Below, piece after piece: positions 9,218 to 20,164 of a stretch of DNA of 64,000 nucleotides. This DNA comes from an uncultured Verrucomicrobiae bacterium (GTDB lineage Bacteria > Verrucomicrobiota > Verrucomicrobiia > Chthoniobacterales > JAFAMB01). The notes under the pieces were generated by a model. The model saw only the letters and a program-made list of their open reading frames with translations. It was not told the origin of the DNA and ran no database searches. Numbering within the stretch: the stretch's first letter is position 1; each line of letters starts with the position of its first letter. A program made the position numbers and the translations under genes. The stretch lies in assembly GCA_963762565.1 (NCBI GenBank), contig CAVXLD010000005.1:160001-224000 (forward strand), in the 5' to 3' direction.

Positions 9218-12200
9218 GTGGAGCGTAGCGGAGGCCTAGGAAGGGTGAGGAGTATTTCGAGTATTCAAGAGAAGCCGGTAGGCGACAGTGCGCCTCAGTC
9301 GGGGGACTTCGGGAATGGGGCTGAGAAGACGCAGCAAGAGGATGCGCCCACGGTAAAGCGGCAGCGGAAAAATGGGGATAAGCGGTCGAGGGATGATCGA
9401 AAGGGAGCGAACCAGGGAGAAGGGCCGCTTCAGTCGAGTGTTGGATTCGTTGCTGAGTCGCGGGCGTTCGTTCGGAGATTCAAGAAAAAGGGTTGGTTTG
9501 AGCAGGTGTGTGAGCCGGCTCAGGCGTTTGTGGCGGCTTGCGCGGTTAGACATTTTGCTTCCAGGAATTGTTGGTTGATCTGTCCGGACGCTCGCCGGCA
9601 AGAAGAGATTTTTAATGGACTTTTGAACTGGGGGATAACCGCCTGGTTTTTTCCCGAGTTGGAGGCGCCCGCGATTGAGGGTGCGGTTCCGGACCCAGAG
9701 GTTGTGGCGGAACGGCTCAATGTGCTTCAGCATTTGGCCGAAGGTAAACGGGCGGTGGTGGTAGTAACTCGGGCCGCTTTGGCAGACGAGGTACCGAATC
9801 GGGACCGCGTTGGTAGTCAAACCTTTGTGGTCAAACGAGGCCAGGCCCTGGATCGAACCGCATTGATCGAGGGGTTATTGAAGTGCGGTTATCAACAGGT
9901 GGGTCAGGTGAGCGGCCGAGGGGAGTTTGCTGTGCGCGGCGGCATCATCGATGTTTTCTCGCTGCAACATGCCTTACCGCTGCGCATCGAGCTATTTGGC
10001 AGTGATGTTGACTCATTGCGCGAGTTCGATCTAGATGATCAGACCGCCGTTCAGGTGGTTGATCGAGGCGAAATCTTTCTGGGAGAACCGGATTCCGAGG
10101 GTACCCGGTTTGCCGACTATATTCGGCGCGGCGACTTGTTGATCGATATCGAGTCGGAATACGAGGACGCGCCGGTTCGGATCAGCGCTGGAGCGCTCGA
10201 CTCCGATCGAATTGAGGATTTTGAGACCGCGTTTTACCCTTCCGGGTTTCACGACTTCGAAGCGGGCGATTTCCTGGTAGAAGAGACCAAGCGAGAACAA
10301 GCATTGGATCAACTCCGGCGGTGGCTAAAGGAAGGATGGCGCATTCTAGCGGTCTGCCATAATGAGGGTGAACTAGAACGGCTACGCGATGTTTTTACCG
10401 ACAACGAGCTGGATGTTCAACAGATGGTTTTTGCGGTAGGGGTTTTGAACCACGGTTTCACTTATGAGACCGGCAAGTTGGCGGTGCTTTCTGATGCCGA
10501 GATCTTCGGCCGGTACCAAAGCCCGAGCGCCCGGAGATTGGCCTTGCGGCGTTCTCGACTGCGAGGAGGGCGAGCGCCGGTTGATTTCAGCGAATTGGCC
10601 GAGGGCGATTACGTGGTTCATCTCGAGTACGGTATCGCGAAATACAAGGGCATCCGAAAGCTGGAGCAGGAGGGTGTCGAATCGGAGTGCGTGGTCCTTG
10701 AGTTTGCGGATGACGCCAGGCTGTATGTTCCATTCGAGCAAGCGTTTTTGATCTCGCGATATGTCGGCCTGGGTAAGCGCTTTCCGCTATTAAGCACGCT
10801 GGGCGATAGCAAGTGGGCAAGAGCGAAGAAAGCGGCAGAGACCGCGGTGTTCGATTACGCAGCCCAGTTGCTGAAACTGCAAGCTGAACGTCAGACTTTG
10901 ACCGGACACAAATTTCTGCCGGACACAAAGTGGCAGGCTGAATTCGAGGCTTCGTTTCTTTACAAAGAAACCCCGGACCAATTGCGAGCGATCGAGGATA
11001 CCAAGAGAGACATGGAATCCGAGCAGCCGATGGATCGGTTGATTTGCGGCGATGTCGGCTTCGGCAAAACTGAGGTTGCGATACGGGCTGCGTTCAAGGT
11101 GGTAATGGGGGGAAAACAAGTGGCGGTGTTAGTGCCGACGACCGTCTTAGCACAACAACATTTTCAAACGTTTCGAGAGCGGACCTCCGACTATCCGGTG
11201 ACAGTGGGGATGTTGAGCCGGTTTTTATCGGCGGCGGAACAGCGAAAGACGGTTGAGGCGCTTCGAGACGGCTCTTTGGATATCGTTATCGGGACGCACC
11301 GGTTGGTGTCGCCGGATATCGAGTTCAAGGACCTCGGGCTGGTGATCGTCGATGAGGAGCAACGGTTTGGGGTCCGGCATAAAGAACGTTTGAAAGAGCG
11401 GTTCAAGCTGGTCGATGTGCTCACCCTCTCGGCAACGCCGATTCCGCGCACTTTGTATCTCTCTCTGGTGGGAGCGAAGGATATGTCGGTCATTGAGACG
11501 CCGCCACCGAACCGGTTGCCGATAGAAACGATCGTTTGCGGTTACGACGAACGCGTGATTCGAGATGCGATTCAGCGAGAACTGAAGCGGCGGGGTCAGG
11601 TTTATTTTTTGCATAACCGGATCCATTCCATTCGGCGGGTGAAAGAGAGGGTGATTGAGCTTTGTCCCGGCGCCCGGGTTGAAATCGGGCATGGGCAAAT
11701 GGATGAAGAGGAACTGGAACGGGTGATGCAGCGCTTTGTAGAAGGGGAGATTGACGTCTTGATCTCGACGACGATCATCGAGAGCGGTCTGGATATTCCG
11801 AATGCAAACACGATCATCATCGATCGAGCGGATCGATTTGGATTAGCAGATCTGTATCAGCTGCGAGGGCGCGTGGGGCGGGCTCAGCACAAAGCCTACG
11901 CCTATTTAATGTTGCCGCGGGAGCTGATAGGTGTGGGAGCCGCTCGCCGGCGAATTAACGCGATTAAGCAGTATTCCGGACTGGGAGCCGGATTTAGGAT
12001 TGCGATGCGCGACCTGGAGATTCGCGGTGCAGGCAACATCCTGGGAACGGCCCAGAGCGGTCACATCACGAACGTAGGGTTCGAGCTTTATTGCCAACTC
12101 TTGCACGACGCGATCGAGAAGCTGAAAGGCAAAAAAGCGAAGGGTAGGTCGGAAGCGGTCCTCAGGCTTGATTTTGTGGCGACGAACGAGTCGGAATTTG

Positions 12201-12571
12201 TGACCGCCGGCGAGGCGAAAGCGCCGGCATTCATTGCGGCCGATTATATTCCGCAGCCGCATCTGCGAATTCAAGCGTACAAGAAGCTTGCTGCCGCGAG
12301 CAACCCGGAAGAATTGAGCAAGCTACAGACGGAGTGGAGAGATAGGTTCGGACCGCTTCCGGAGCCTGTCAGCAACCTGTTGTTGCTGACTGAAATTAAG
12401 TTGGTCGCAGGGAAGGCTCGGGTGGCGCGAGTCGAAGTCAAAGAGAACAAAGTGATGCTGCTACGGGGCGGAGATTATTTGCTTATTGGAGTTCGGTTTC
12501 CCCGCTTGACTTCGCCGGACCCGCAATCTAGGGTCGGCGAACTGTTGTCCCTCCTCCGGAGGCTTTCATAA
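9218..12571 (+). CDS. mfd: Transcription-repair coupling factor
   Basis: GEFAVRGGIID, CarD-like VVHLEYGI, GDVGFGKT, DEEQRFG, TRCF C-terminal domain; exact start uncertain. Confidence 0.96.
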   Translation: MERSGGLGRVRSISSIQEKPVGDSAPQSGDFGNGAEKTQQEDAPTVKRQRKNGDKRSRDDRKGANQGEGPLQSSVGFVAESRAFVRRFKKKGWFEQVCEPAQAFVAACAVRHFASRNCWLICPDARRQEEIFNGLLNWGITAWFFPELEAPAIEGAVPDPEVVAERLNVLQHLAEGKRAVVVVTRAALADEVPNRDRVGSQTFVVKRGQALDRTALIEGLLKCGYQQVGQVSGRGEFAVRGGIIDVFSLQHALPLRIELFGSDVDSLREFDLDDQTAVQVVDRGEIFLGEPDSEGTRFADYIRRGDLLIDIESEYEDAPVRISAGALDSDRIEDFETAFYPSGFHDFEAGDFLVEETKREQALDQLRRWLKEGWRILAVCHNEGELERLRDVFTDNELDVQQMVFAVGVLNHGFTYETGKLAVLSDAEIFGRYQSPSARRLALRRSRLRGGRAPVDFSELAEGDYVVHLEYGIAKYKGIRKLEQEGVESECVVLEFADDARLYVPFEQAFLISRYVGLGKRFPLLSTLGDSKWARAKKAAETAVFDYAAQLLKLQAERQTLTGHKFLPDTKWQAEFEASFLYKETPDQLRAIEDTKRDMESEQPMDRLICGDVGFGKTEVAIRAAFKVVMGGKQVAVLVPTTVLAQQHFQTFRERTSDYPVTVGMLSRFLSAAEQRKTVEALRDGSLDIVIGTHRLVSPDIEFKDLGLVIVDEEQRFGVRHKERLKERFKLVDVLTLSATPIPRTLYLSLVGAKDMSVIETPPPNRLPIETIVCGYDERVIRDAIQRELKRRGQVYFLHNRIHSIRRVKERVIELCPGARVEIGHGQMDEEELERVMQRFVEGEIDVLISTTIIESGLDIPNANTIIIDRADRFGLADLYQLRGRVGRAQHKAYAYLMLPRELIGVGAARRRINAIKQYSGLGAGFRIAMRDLEIRGAGNILGTAQSGHITNVGFELYCQLLHDAIEKLKGKKAKGRSEAVLRLDFVATNESEFVTAGEAKAPAFIAADYIPQPHLRIQAYKKLAAASNPEELSKLQTEWRDRFGPLPEPVSNLLLLTEIKLVAGKARVARVEVKENKVMLLRGGDYLLIGVRFPRLTSPDPQSRVGELLSLLRRLS

Positions 12572-12580
12572 TTCATTGGC

Positions 12581-13555
12581 ATGCTACCTAAGATTGTTTG
12601 TCGCGTTTCGCTCGTCGCTTTGCTACTCGTGCCGGGGCTTGTGTGGGGGGATGCCGAGGTAATCGATGGAATTGCCGCAGTAGTCAACGGCGACGTAATC
12701 ACCTTTTCCCAAGTACAAGAAGTTGCCGCTCCTGAGGAACAATCTCTGAAGCAGCAGTACACCGGTCAGGAACTGATCGACAAGATCAAGGAGACGCGCT
12801 TGGCGGTCTTGAACGATCTGATTAACCGGCAACTGATCCTTCAGGAATTCAAGAAGAAGGAATACACTCTTCCGGACTACGTCGTGGAAGAGCAGGTCCA
12901 GGACATCATTAAGGATGAGTTCGGCGGTGATCGTCAGGCCTTTGTGCGAACGTTGCAGGCACAGGGATACACGCTGAACAAGTTCCGGGATAAGGAGAAA
13001 GAAAAGATCACCGTGCAGGTGATGCGGCAGAACCAATTAAAGGACGACAGTTTTACCCCGTCGCCGGAGGCAATTGACGCCTATTACAACGCGAACAAGC
13101 AAGAGTTCGCGACGCCCGCCCAGGTCAAGCTGCGGATGATCGTGTTGAATTCCGATCCACTAGTGACCGATTCCGCGAAAACTACGCAACAGATGGCGAA
13201 CGACATCCGGGACAAAGCGACCCATGGAGGCGATTTTGCGACTTTGGCCAAGACCTATTCGATGGATGGAACCGCTGAGAACGGCGGTGACTGGGGTTGG
13301 GTCGATGAGAAGACTTTGAACCAGGACCTGACCAAGACCGCCTTTGCTCTGAAAAAGGGAGAGGTAAGCTCGGTGGCGCAGATCGGTGATTCTTTCTATC
13401 TGCTTTATTGTGAGGATAGAAAAGACCCGGCCGTCACCGCGCTGAACGATGTACGGGATGCTATCCAGAAAAAGCTGACCCAGATCGAGAAGCAGAAAGC
13501 GACGCAGCGATGGTTGGATGGCCTGCGGGAGAAGGCGTTTATAAAAGTGTATTAG
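12581..13555 (+). CDS. SurA-like parvulin peptidyl-prolyl isomerase
   Basis: Signal peptide, IAAVVNGDVIT, F..LAKTYS.D...GGDWGW rotamase motif; typical position after mfd. Confidence 0.88.
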   Translation: MLPKIVCRVSLVALLLVPGLVWGDAEVIDGIAAVVNGDVITFSQVQEVAAPEEQSLKQQYTGQELIDKIKETRLAVLNDLINRQLILQEFKKKEYTLPDYVVEEQVQDIIKDEFGGDRQAFVRTLQAQGYTLNKFRDKEKEKITVQVMRQNQLKDDSFTPSPEAIDAYYNANKQEFATPAQVKLRMIVLNSDPLVTDSAKTTQQMANDIRDKATHGGDFATLAKTYSMDGTAENGGDWGWVDEKTLNQDLTKTAFALKKGEVSSVAQIGDSFYLLYCEDRKDPAVTALNDVRDAIQKKLTQIEKQKATQRWLDGLREKAFIKVY

Positions 13556-13561
13556 GAAGTT

Positions 13562-13844
13562 GGTAGGGCGAGGCTCCCGATCTTCCTCGAATCGCTCGCA
13601 AGGCGACGAGGTCGTGCAAATCTATAGGGACCAGCGCCTAAACGTCTGCCGAGCCGCCGTCAAGCGCGTGGCGATGGTCCAAAGATAGTGACGGCCGAGG
13701 CAAAACAGCAACCACTCCTACGCACCGGGTCATGGTTCACCGGGGGCCTCGGCTCGGCAGTCCATCGGCCCGGAACACAAAATTTTTAATCAACGAGGCA
13801 ATCCCTGGATAGCCGCCAAGCTATTGCGGGAGCCTCGCCCTACC
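13562..13844. repeat. REPIN-like four-arm cassette, family B copy 1
   Basis: GGTAGGGCGAGGCTCCCG-68nt-GCCGAGCCG-93nt-CGGCTCGGC-68nt-CGGGAGCCTCGCCCTACC. Confidence 0.85.
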
Positions 13845-13850
13845 AACTTC

Positions 13851-14657
13851 ATGAGTCTCCGGGTCTATTTGAAGGCGTTCGACGTGGGATTGCAGGACAC
13901 CTTTGTTTATCGGTGGAATTTCTTTCTGCGCTCGATCTTCGAACTGCTGCCCTTGATGGGGACGGTCCTGATCTGGGGGGTCGTGTTTGACCAGCGGCAA
14001 AGTGGAGTCGGAGGGTTCGATTTTCGGACCGTGATCGCTTATTTTTTGCTCGTCTTATTTCTGGACGCTTTGGTTACGCCTAAAGATGACGAATTTCAGA
14101 TCGCGGCTGACATTCGAGAGGGGCAGATCAGTGCCTTTCTGGTGAAACCGATCAATTATCTTCTCTATCGGTTTAGTCTTTTCGCCAGTAGCCGGTTGCT
14201 TTTCACAGCCATGACTTTGCCGGTGTTTCTGTGTCTCTTTGCTTTCACCGCCAGTTATTTTAGTTGGCCATCCGACATCGGGTTATGGCTGGCAGCATTG
14301 TGGACAACGGCGATGGCGGCGCTGTTGCAGTTCTTCATCACGATCTCAATCGCCCTCCTGGCGTTCTGGATGTTGGAGATATCGACTGTCGTTTTTATCG
14401 TTTATTCGTTCGAGTACATGCTGAGTGGGAGAATGTTTCCGCTCGCGTTTATGCCGGAGGCAGTTCAGCAGGTGCTCCGCTGGTTGCCGTTTCCTTATGA
14501 ACTTTATTTTCCGGTATCAGTCCTGATGAACCGGGTCCATGGCGCGGATCTTTGGTTCGGGCTGGGCGTACAGGCGTTTTGGGTGATAGCGGCCGGTGCC
14601 TTGGCCCAACTGATGTGGCAGCAAGGGCTGCGGAAGTATCAAGCCGTTGGCGGCTAG
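13851..14657 (+). CDS. ABC-2 family transporter permease
   Basis: Multiple TM helices, IAADIREGQISAFLVKP, FPL..MP motif; start at ATG 13851. Confidence 0.85.
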   Translation: MSLRVYLKAFDVGLQDTFVYRWNFFLRSIFELLPLMGTVLIWGVVFDQRQSGVGGFDFRTVIAYFLLVLFLDALVTPKDDEFQIAADIREGQISAFLVKPINYLLYRFSLFASSRLLFTAMTLPVFLCLFAFTASYFSWPSDIGLWLAALWTTAMAALLQFFITISIALLAFWMLEISTVVFIVYSFEYMLSGRMFPLAFMPEAVQQVLRWLPFPYELYFPVSVLMNRVHGADLWFGLGVQAFWVIAAGALAQLMWQQGLRKYQAVGG

Positions 14658-14665
14658 CGCGCTAC

Positions 14666-14735
14666 GCGCGCATGACCGATAGCCAATAGCCGATAGCCAA
14701 TTTCACGATCGGCTATCGGCTATTGGCTATGCGCG
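14666..14735. repeat. Inverted heptamer array (AATAGCC/GATAGCC) hairpin between convergent genes
   Basis: gatagccaatagccgatagcc ... ggctatcggctattggctat. Confidence 0.75.
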
Positions 14736-14741
14736 AAGCGC

Positions 14742-15920
14742 TCAGCGCACGAACGCTGAAGCGTAGGTCATGGTGCTAGCGCTGCGGGCCTGGCGGACAT
14801 GCCGATGAATCCACACGCTCTCAAGCACGCCAAGGGCGAAAAGGATTAGCACTAGGAAAGAGCCGCCGTAGCTGATCAGCGGCAGCGGGACACCGGTGAT
14901 GGGGGTGATGGAAATGTTCATGCCGATATTCATGAACACGTGAGTGAAAACGAGGGCCACTATGGATACGGCAGCCAATCTGCCCAGTTCGTCCGGCGCA
15001 ACCGCGGCGATTAGTAGACCCGTGAGTAATAAGGCGGCGTACGCGGTGATCAGGGTAATATCACCGACAAAACCGAACTGCTCGGAGATACCAGCGAAAA
15101 TGAAGTCGGTATGGACAATGGTCGAAGGGAGGAACCCAAGCTGGATCTGGGTATTAGGCGCAGCGAACCCTTTTCCGTTGAAGCCGCCGGAGCCGATTGC
15201 GATCAGGGCCTGATTAATGGTCCAGCTGGCTCCTTGAGGATCGTAATCCGGATCGATAAAAGTCGTGAGACGCTCTCGTTGGTAGGTCTTTAGACCGAAA
15301 TTGGCGATCACCGGCACCACGGCGACTGCCATAATGATGATGACCAAAAGGTAACGTTTCGGGATACGTCCGACAAAGAAGAGGGCTAAGAGCGGTGGCA
15401 GCATCACAAGACACTCGCCGAGGTCGGGTTGAATCAGGATCAATAGCCAGGGAGGCGCGATGATCGCGGCGCAGCTGCAAATTCGGCCCACGGTTGGCCA
15501 AAAACCAGACCAATTCCCGGTGTTAGCGAGCAGCCACGAGAGCAGGAGCAGCGTGGAAATGATCGCTAATTGAGCCGGCTGAAAACTGATTGGGCCTAGT
15601 TCGAGCCAGCTCTTAGCGCCGTAAGTTGTGCGGCCGAAGAAATGCGTCAACACCAAAAACCCGAGGCCGGCGAGGTATAAAAGGAGCGGGAAAATGACGT
15701 TGGAAAGCCAAACCCGATAATTGATAAATGAGGTGACGAAGAAGCAAACGATTGCAATCACCAGCCAGATAATCTGTCGTCTCCACATCTCTTGGAGATA
15801 AACCTCTTCCCGCATGAAGGTGACGCTATAGATAGAAATAACCCCGAAGATCGCGAGGGCGACCGCGATGACCGCTAGCAACCAATTCATGCCCAACAAC
15901 TTCCGAAGAAACAAATTCAT
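14742..15920 (-). CDS. rodA: SEDS family peptidoglycan glycosyltransferase RodA
   Basis: GAKSWLELG, QPDLG, HTDFIF, TGVPLPLISYGGS. Confidence 0.9.
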   Translation of the reverse strand: MNLFLRKLLGMNWLLAVIAVALAIFGVISIYSVTFMREEVYLQEMWRRQIIWLVIAIVCFFVTSFINYRVWLSNVIFPLLLYLAGLGFLVLTHFFGRTTYGAKSWLELGPISFQPAQLAIISTLLLLSWLLANTGNWSGFWPTVGRICSCAAIIAPPWLLILIQPDLGECLVMLPPLLALFFVGRIPKRYLLVIIIMAVAVVPVIANFGLKTYQRERLTTFIDPDYDPQGASWTINQALIAIGSGGFNGKGFAAPNTQIQLGFLPSTIVHTDFIFAGISEQFGFVGDITLITAYAALLLTGLLIAAVAPDELGRLAAVSIVALVFTHVFMNIGMNISITPITGVPLPLISYGGSFLVLILFALGVLESVWIHRHVRQARSASTMTYASAFVR

Positions 15921-15935
15921 GAAACTGGCGAGATT

Positions 15936-16736
15936 CTAATCAAGGGAAGGAACGCTGGCGAGTAAGTTTCGAGTATAGTCGTGCTGTGGGTGGGTATAAA
16001 TCGAGACAGCATCGGCCTTTTCAACTATCTGACCGCGAAGCATGACGACGACATCATGGCTGATATGTTCCACGACTGCAAGATCATGAGAAATAAACAG
16101 GTAAGAAAGCCCCAGCTCATCCTGGAGGTCTTGGAGAAGGTTGACGATCTGAGCTTGGACACTGACATCGAGCGCGCTCACGACTTCGTCGCATACAATT
16201 AGTTTTGGTTCGACCGCCAGAGCACGCGCGATTCCTATGCGCTGGCGTTGACCACCGCTGAATTCGTGGGGAAACCGGCTGCCGTGATCGCGGGAAAGGC
16301 CGACTTTCTGGAGCAATTTAGCGACTCGTTCTTCGCGTTCGAGACGGCCTAGATTAGGGAAATGAATTTTAAGCGGCTCGCTGATGATTTGTAGAATGGT
16401 CCAGCGCGGGTTCAACGAACCGAACGGGTCCTGAAAGATCATCTGGATCTGCCGTCGCCAGGGCCGGAATTCTAACTGTGATAGAGGCGTGATATCAGTC
16501 CCGGCGAATCGGATCGTGCCTGCAGTAATCGGTAGCAATTTTAGGATAGCTTTGCCGACGGTTGTTTTGCCGCTTCCGCTTTCACCGACCAAGCCGACGG
16601 TTTTACCGGCGCCGACGCTAAAAGTGACGTCGGTAACCGCTTTGATGAAGCCGGTCCTGCCTTGGAGAATTCCGGTTCTGGTTGGAAACCAGACGCTCAG
16701 GGATTCGACTTCTAGGAGGGGCGAGGCGGGGGGCAT
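15936..16736 (-). CDS. Oligopeptide/dipeptide ABC transporter ATP-binding protein
   Basis: GESGSGKT, FSGGQRQR, SALDVSVQAQ, HPQHDYT. Confidence 0.92.
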   Translation of the reverse strand: MPPASPLLEVESLSVWFPTRTGILQGRTGFIKAVTDVTFSVGAGKTVGLVGESGSGKTTVGKAILKLLPITAGTIRFAGTDITPLSQLEFRPWRRQIQMIFQDPFGSLNPRWTILQIISEPLKIHFPNLGRLEREERVAKLLQKVGLSRDHGSRFPHEFSGGQRQRIGIARALAVEPKLIVCDEVVSALDVSVQAQIVNLLQDLQDELGLSYLFISHDLAVVEHISHDVVVMLRGQIVEKADAVSIYTHPQHDYTRNLLASVPSLD

Positions 16737-16765
16737 TGAGCGTCGAACGTCCGAGAGAATCCGGC

Positions 16766-16894
16766 AGGGCGCGCGTCCCCGCGCGCCGCGAAGATGTTCC
16801 CGACCTTGAGGTGTAATTTTATCATTCGGTTATGGAAGGCCGTTTGGCTCCGCGAACGATCCGGCGGCTGCCGGACGAGGACGCGATCCCTCCC
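16766..16894. repeat. REP doublet, family C (degenerate)
   Basis: AGGGCGCGCGTCCCCGCGCGCCG ... CGAGGACGCGATCCCTCCC. Confidence 0.75.
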
Positions 16895-16919
16895 TGTCGA
16901 GGACGATTGCGCGCTCGCC

Positions 16920-17711
16920 CTACTCATTCTGACGGAGGATGGCTTCAAGGGGGCTGGTGGCCTCGGCGCTGTTGCGTTCGTGACCAAGACCGACTTCGTA
17001 GGCCATGCGGCCGGCCTCAACCGCGCTCTTGAAAGCCATGGCCATGCGAACGGGGTCAGAAGCGATGGCGATAGCGGTGTTCACAAGTACGCCGTCCGCG
17101 CCGATTTCCATAGCTTCCGCGGCATGGCTAGGTGCACCCAGGCCCGCGTCCACAATCACCGGGACGAGCGCCTGATCAATGATGATACGAATCAGGTCAC
17201 GAGTACGCAGGCCTTGGTTGCTGCCAATGGGTGAGCCGAGCGGCATCACGGTAGCCGTACCGACTTCCTCGAGACGCTTCGCCAGAACGGGATCAGCATT
17301 GATGTACGGCAACACCACAAAACCCTCTTTTACAAGTCTTTCCGCGGCGAGAAGGGTCTCAATCGGGTCTGGCAACAAGTAATGGGGATCAGGATGGATC
17401 TCCAGCTTGACCCATTTGGGCAGCCCTGCCGATGCCGCTAATCGAGCGAGACGAACGGCTTCATCCGCGTTCATGGCTCCGCTGGTGTTCGGCAGCAGCA
17501 AGTACCGAGCGGGATCGATAAAATCCAAAATGTTGGCAAAAGGATCATGGCGCCCGGACAGATCGGCTCGGCGCAGAGCGACCGTTACAATCTGGGTGCC
17601 GCTCGCTTCGAGCGCATCTCGCATTAGTAGGTTGCTAGGGAACTTGCCGGTTCCGACCAGTAGGCGGGATTGGAACTCGCGGTCGGCAATACGAATAGGC
17701 ACACTCTGCAT
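16920..17711 (-). CDS. thiG: Thiazole synthase
   Basis: [34 protein letters not shown]; start at ATG 17711. Confidence 0.96.
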   Translation of the reverse strand: MQSVPIRIADREFQSRLLVGTGKFPSNLLMRDALEASGTQIVTVALRRADLSGRHDPFANILDFIDPARYLLLPNTSGAMNADEAVRLARLAASAGLPKWVKLEIHPDPHYLLPDPIETLLAAERLVKEGFVVLPYINADPVLAKRLEEVGTATVMPLGSPIGSNQGLRTRDLIRIIIDQALVPVIVDAGLGAPSHAAEAMEIGADGVLVNTAIAIASDPVRMAMAFKSAVEAGRMAYEVGLGHERNSAEATSPLEAILRQNE

Positions 17712-17808
17712 AGCTATAATGATTTCGATTCTCCGGCTCTTCTGCTTGTAAAACGAATTTAGTGACTTGCCGCTTGAACAGTGACACGCCGCCTTTAATC
17801 TCACCCTT

Positions 17809-18369
17809 GTGAGGCTCGAGGGCGAAGAGAAATTCAACGTCAGTGGAAAACTTTTGTTGGCCCATCCTTCGTTGAAGGATCCTAACTTTCGGCGAGCGAT
17901 CCTCTTTATCTCGAGTCATGAGGAGAATGTGGGAGCCTTTGGTGTGGTCATTAACCGGCCCACCCATCAAAAACTGGCTGATTTCGTGGTTGAAGCCGAT
18001 TTACCCGGGTTAGCTGGTGTTCCGGTGTACGAAGGTGGACCGGTCTCATCGAACGAGTTGATCTTGATGGGTTTCCTCGGGGAGGCAAGTGAGGGGCCGG
18101 ATCGTTTCCAAGTGCCTTTGTCGATCCCGGATGCCGAAGAGATATTGCGGGAAAAGCGTGGTTTTGTGCGGGCGTTCCGTGGGTATGCCGGCTGGGACCC
18201 TGGACAGCTGGAGGGAGAGCTGGGCCAAAATGCCTGGTTTGTTCGGGAAGTCGATGCCGAGTTCATGGCCGGAGAACCCGACCAAACGCTCTGGCTGCGG
18301 TTTATGAAGGGCCAGGGGCCAGTTAATTATTTGTTGGCGCTGGCGCCGGACGATCCGTCTCTGAACTGA
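17809..18369 (+). CDS. YqgE/AlgH family protein
   Basis: [33 protein letters not shown]. Confidence 0.92.
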   Translation: MRLEGEEKFNVSGKLLLAHPSLKDPNFRRAILFISSHEENVGAFGVVINRPTHQKLADFVVEADLPGLAGVPVYEGGPVSSNELILMGFLGEASEGPDRFQVPLSIPDAEEILREKRGFVRAFRGYAGWDPGQLEGELGQNAWFVREVDAEFMAGEPDQTLWLRFMKGQGPVNYLLALAPDDPSLN

Positions 18370-18575
18370 CGGCGTTCGGCGTTCGGCGTGATCACCTGTG
18401 GGCGTAGCAGACGATGGCACAGGACGCCGCGAATCCGCGCTGCGACCGAATGGGACTTATAGGACCTATAGGACCTATGGGTCATCCCATTAGTCCCATC
18501 AGTCCTATAGTCCGATCCGCTCGCAGCGTCCAACGCCGAACGCCAAACGCCAAACGCCGAACGCCAAACGCCAAC
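18370..18575. repeat. Nested inverted STR pairs: heptamer (GGCGTTC/AACGCCR) enclosing nonamer (GGACCTATA)
   Basis: Direct reading. Confidence 0.75.
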
Positions 18576-18618
18576 TGTTGAGTTGCCGCAGACGCTTCTA
18601 CGGGATAAACAGGGCAGC

Positions 18619-19716
18619 ATGAAGATTGGCGTTCCCAAGGAGATTAAAGAACAAGAACATCGGGTTGCGTTGCTACCGTCCGTTGTTTATCTGCTGACGC
18701 GCTTGGGGCATGAAGTGTTCGTAGAACGGGACGCTGGCGCCGGAGCGGGATTTCCGGACGAGGAATACGCGCAGGCCGGTGGCAAAATCCTCGACGATCA
18801 TGGTTCTGTCTTTGAGCAAGGTGACCTTGTCATCAAGGTCAAAGAGCCGTTGCCTTCGGAGTATCCGCTACTGCGAGAAGGCCAGATCCTTTTCACTTAC
18901 CTGCATCTAGCCGCGAACAAAACGCTGACGGAGGCTTTGATGCGCAGCGGCGTAACCGCGGTGGCGTATGAGACGGTAGAGATCAACCGTCGACTGCCGC
19001 TGCTGGAGCCGATGAGTGAGATCGCCGGACGAATGTCCATCATTGTAGGCGGATATTTCCTGGCCAAACATCGTGGTGGAAAAGGGGTGCTGTTGGGGGG
19101 AGTGCCAGGAGTGTTGCCCGGAAACGTGATCGTGATCGGCGGCGGGACGTCGGGAATCAACGCGACCCGGATGGCTACGGGCTTGGGAGCGGATGTCACA
19201 ATCCTGGAGGTGGATATCGAACGAATGCGGTTTCTCGATATTACGATGCATACGGCGCACACGCTTTATTCGAGTGAGGCGCATCTTCTGGAGATCTTGC
19301 CTCGAGCTGATCTTTTGATCGGAGCGGTCTTGGTGCCCGGAGCCAGGGCGCCGCGACTGATTACCCGGGAGATGTTGCGGATGATGCGGCCGGGTAGTGT
19401 GCTTGTGGATATAGCGATCGATCAGGGTGGATGCTGCGAAACCTCGAGGCCAACAACGCACGACAATCCGATCTACGAAGAAGAAGGGATCATTCATTAT
19501 TGCGTGGCGAATATGCCCGGAGCTTATGCCCGGACAGCAACTCAGGCGCTGACCAATGTGACGGCGCGGTTTGTTGAGTTTTTGGCGGAAGGTCTCTCGG
19601 CGGCGATTAAGAAACAACCCGCTATCGTCGGTGGAATCAATGTAATGGATGGTAAGGTCAGGAACGAAGCGGTCGCGCAAGCGCATGGACTGCCGTATGC
19701 GCCACTCGATTATTAG
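18619..19716 (+). CDS. ald: Alanine dehydrogenase
   Basis: MKIGVPKEIK, KVKEP, FTYLHLA, PMSEIAGR, DIAIDQGGC, YCVANMPGA. Confidence 0.96.
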   Translation: MKIGVPKEIKEQEHRVALLPSVVYLLTRLGHEVFVERDAGAGAGFPDEEYAQAGGKILDDHGSVFEQGDLVIKVKEPLPSEYPLLREGQILFTYLHLAANKTLTEALMRSGVTAVAYETVEINRRLPLLEPMSEIAGRMSIIVGGYFLAKHRGGKGVLLGGVPGVLPGNVIVIGGGTSGINATRMATGLGADVTILEVDIERMRFLDITMHTAHTLYSSEAHLLEILPRADLLIGAVLVPGARAPRLITREMLRMMRPGSVLVDIAIDQGGCCETSRPTTHDNPIYEEEGIIHYCVANMPGAYARTATQALTNVTARFVEFLAEGLSAAIKKQPAIVGGINVMDGKVRNEAVAQAHGLPYAPLDY

Positions 19717-19896
19717 CTCGCTTAGGCTCGCTCGAATAGCCGATAGGGCGCGGCGCGGAGCGAATGACAGATGACAGATGACAAATGACAGATTGGAAAC
19801 GGCGATGGCGTAGGCCGGCTATCGGACATTCGCTAAGCGCCGATGGGACCCATGGGGAATATAGGTCCCAATCATTTGTCTAGCGCCTGAGGTTGC

Positions 19897-20112
19897 TTAA
19901 TAGAACCAGCTGTAGGCGGGGTTGGAGTCGTTGGTGGTTTCGTGAGTCGCGCTGGCCTTTTGGTCGATGTAGTTGGCGGTTTGCTTTTGGGTGTTCGGCG
20001 TCAACGTGGTACAGGCCATAAGGGCTAGGCAACTAACCATTGTAGAGTGCAATAGATGGTTAGCTAGTTTTGGGATTTTGTTAGTCGAGTTCATCGGATT
20101 GGGTAGGTTCAT
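19897..20112 (-). CDS. Small putative lipoprotein
   Basis: LALMAC lipobox-like motif, aromatic C-terminus (AYSWFY); downstream of serA. Confidence 0.4.
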   Translation of the reverse strand: MNLPNPMNSTNKIPKLANHLLHSTMVSCLALMACTTLTPNTQKQTANYIDQKASATHETTNDSNPAYSWFY

Positions 20113-20164
20113 TGTTACCCTTCTTCGATATATACCGAGCAGGACGCTGATCTATTCCAGTAGC

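Noticed and set aside
17712..17808. TPP riboswitch upstream of thiG
   Set aside because: Could not find the conserved CUGAGA/ACCUGA motifs in this short intergenic region
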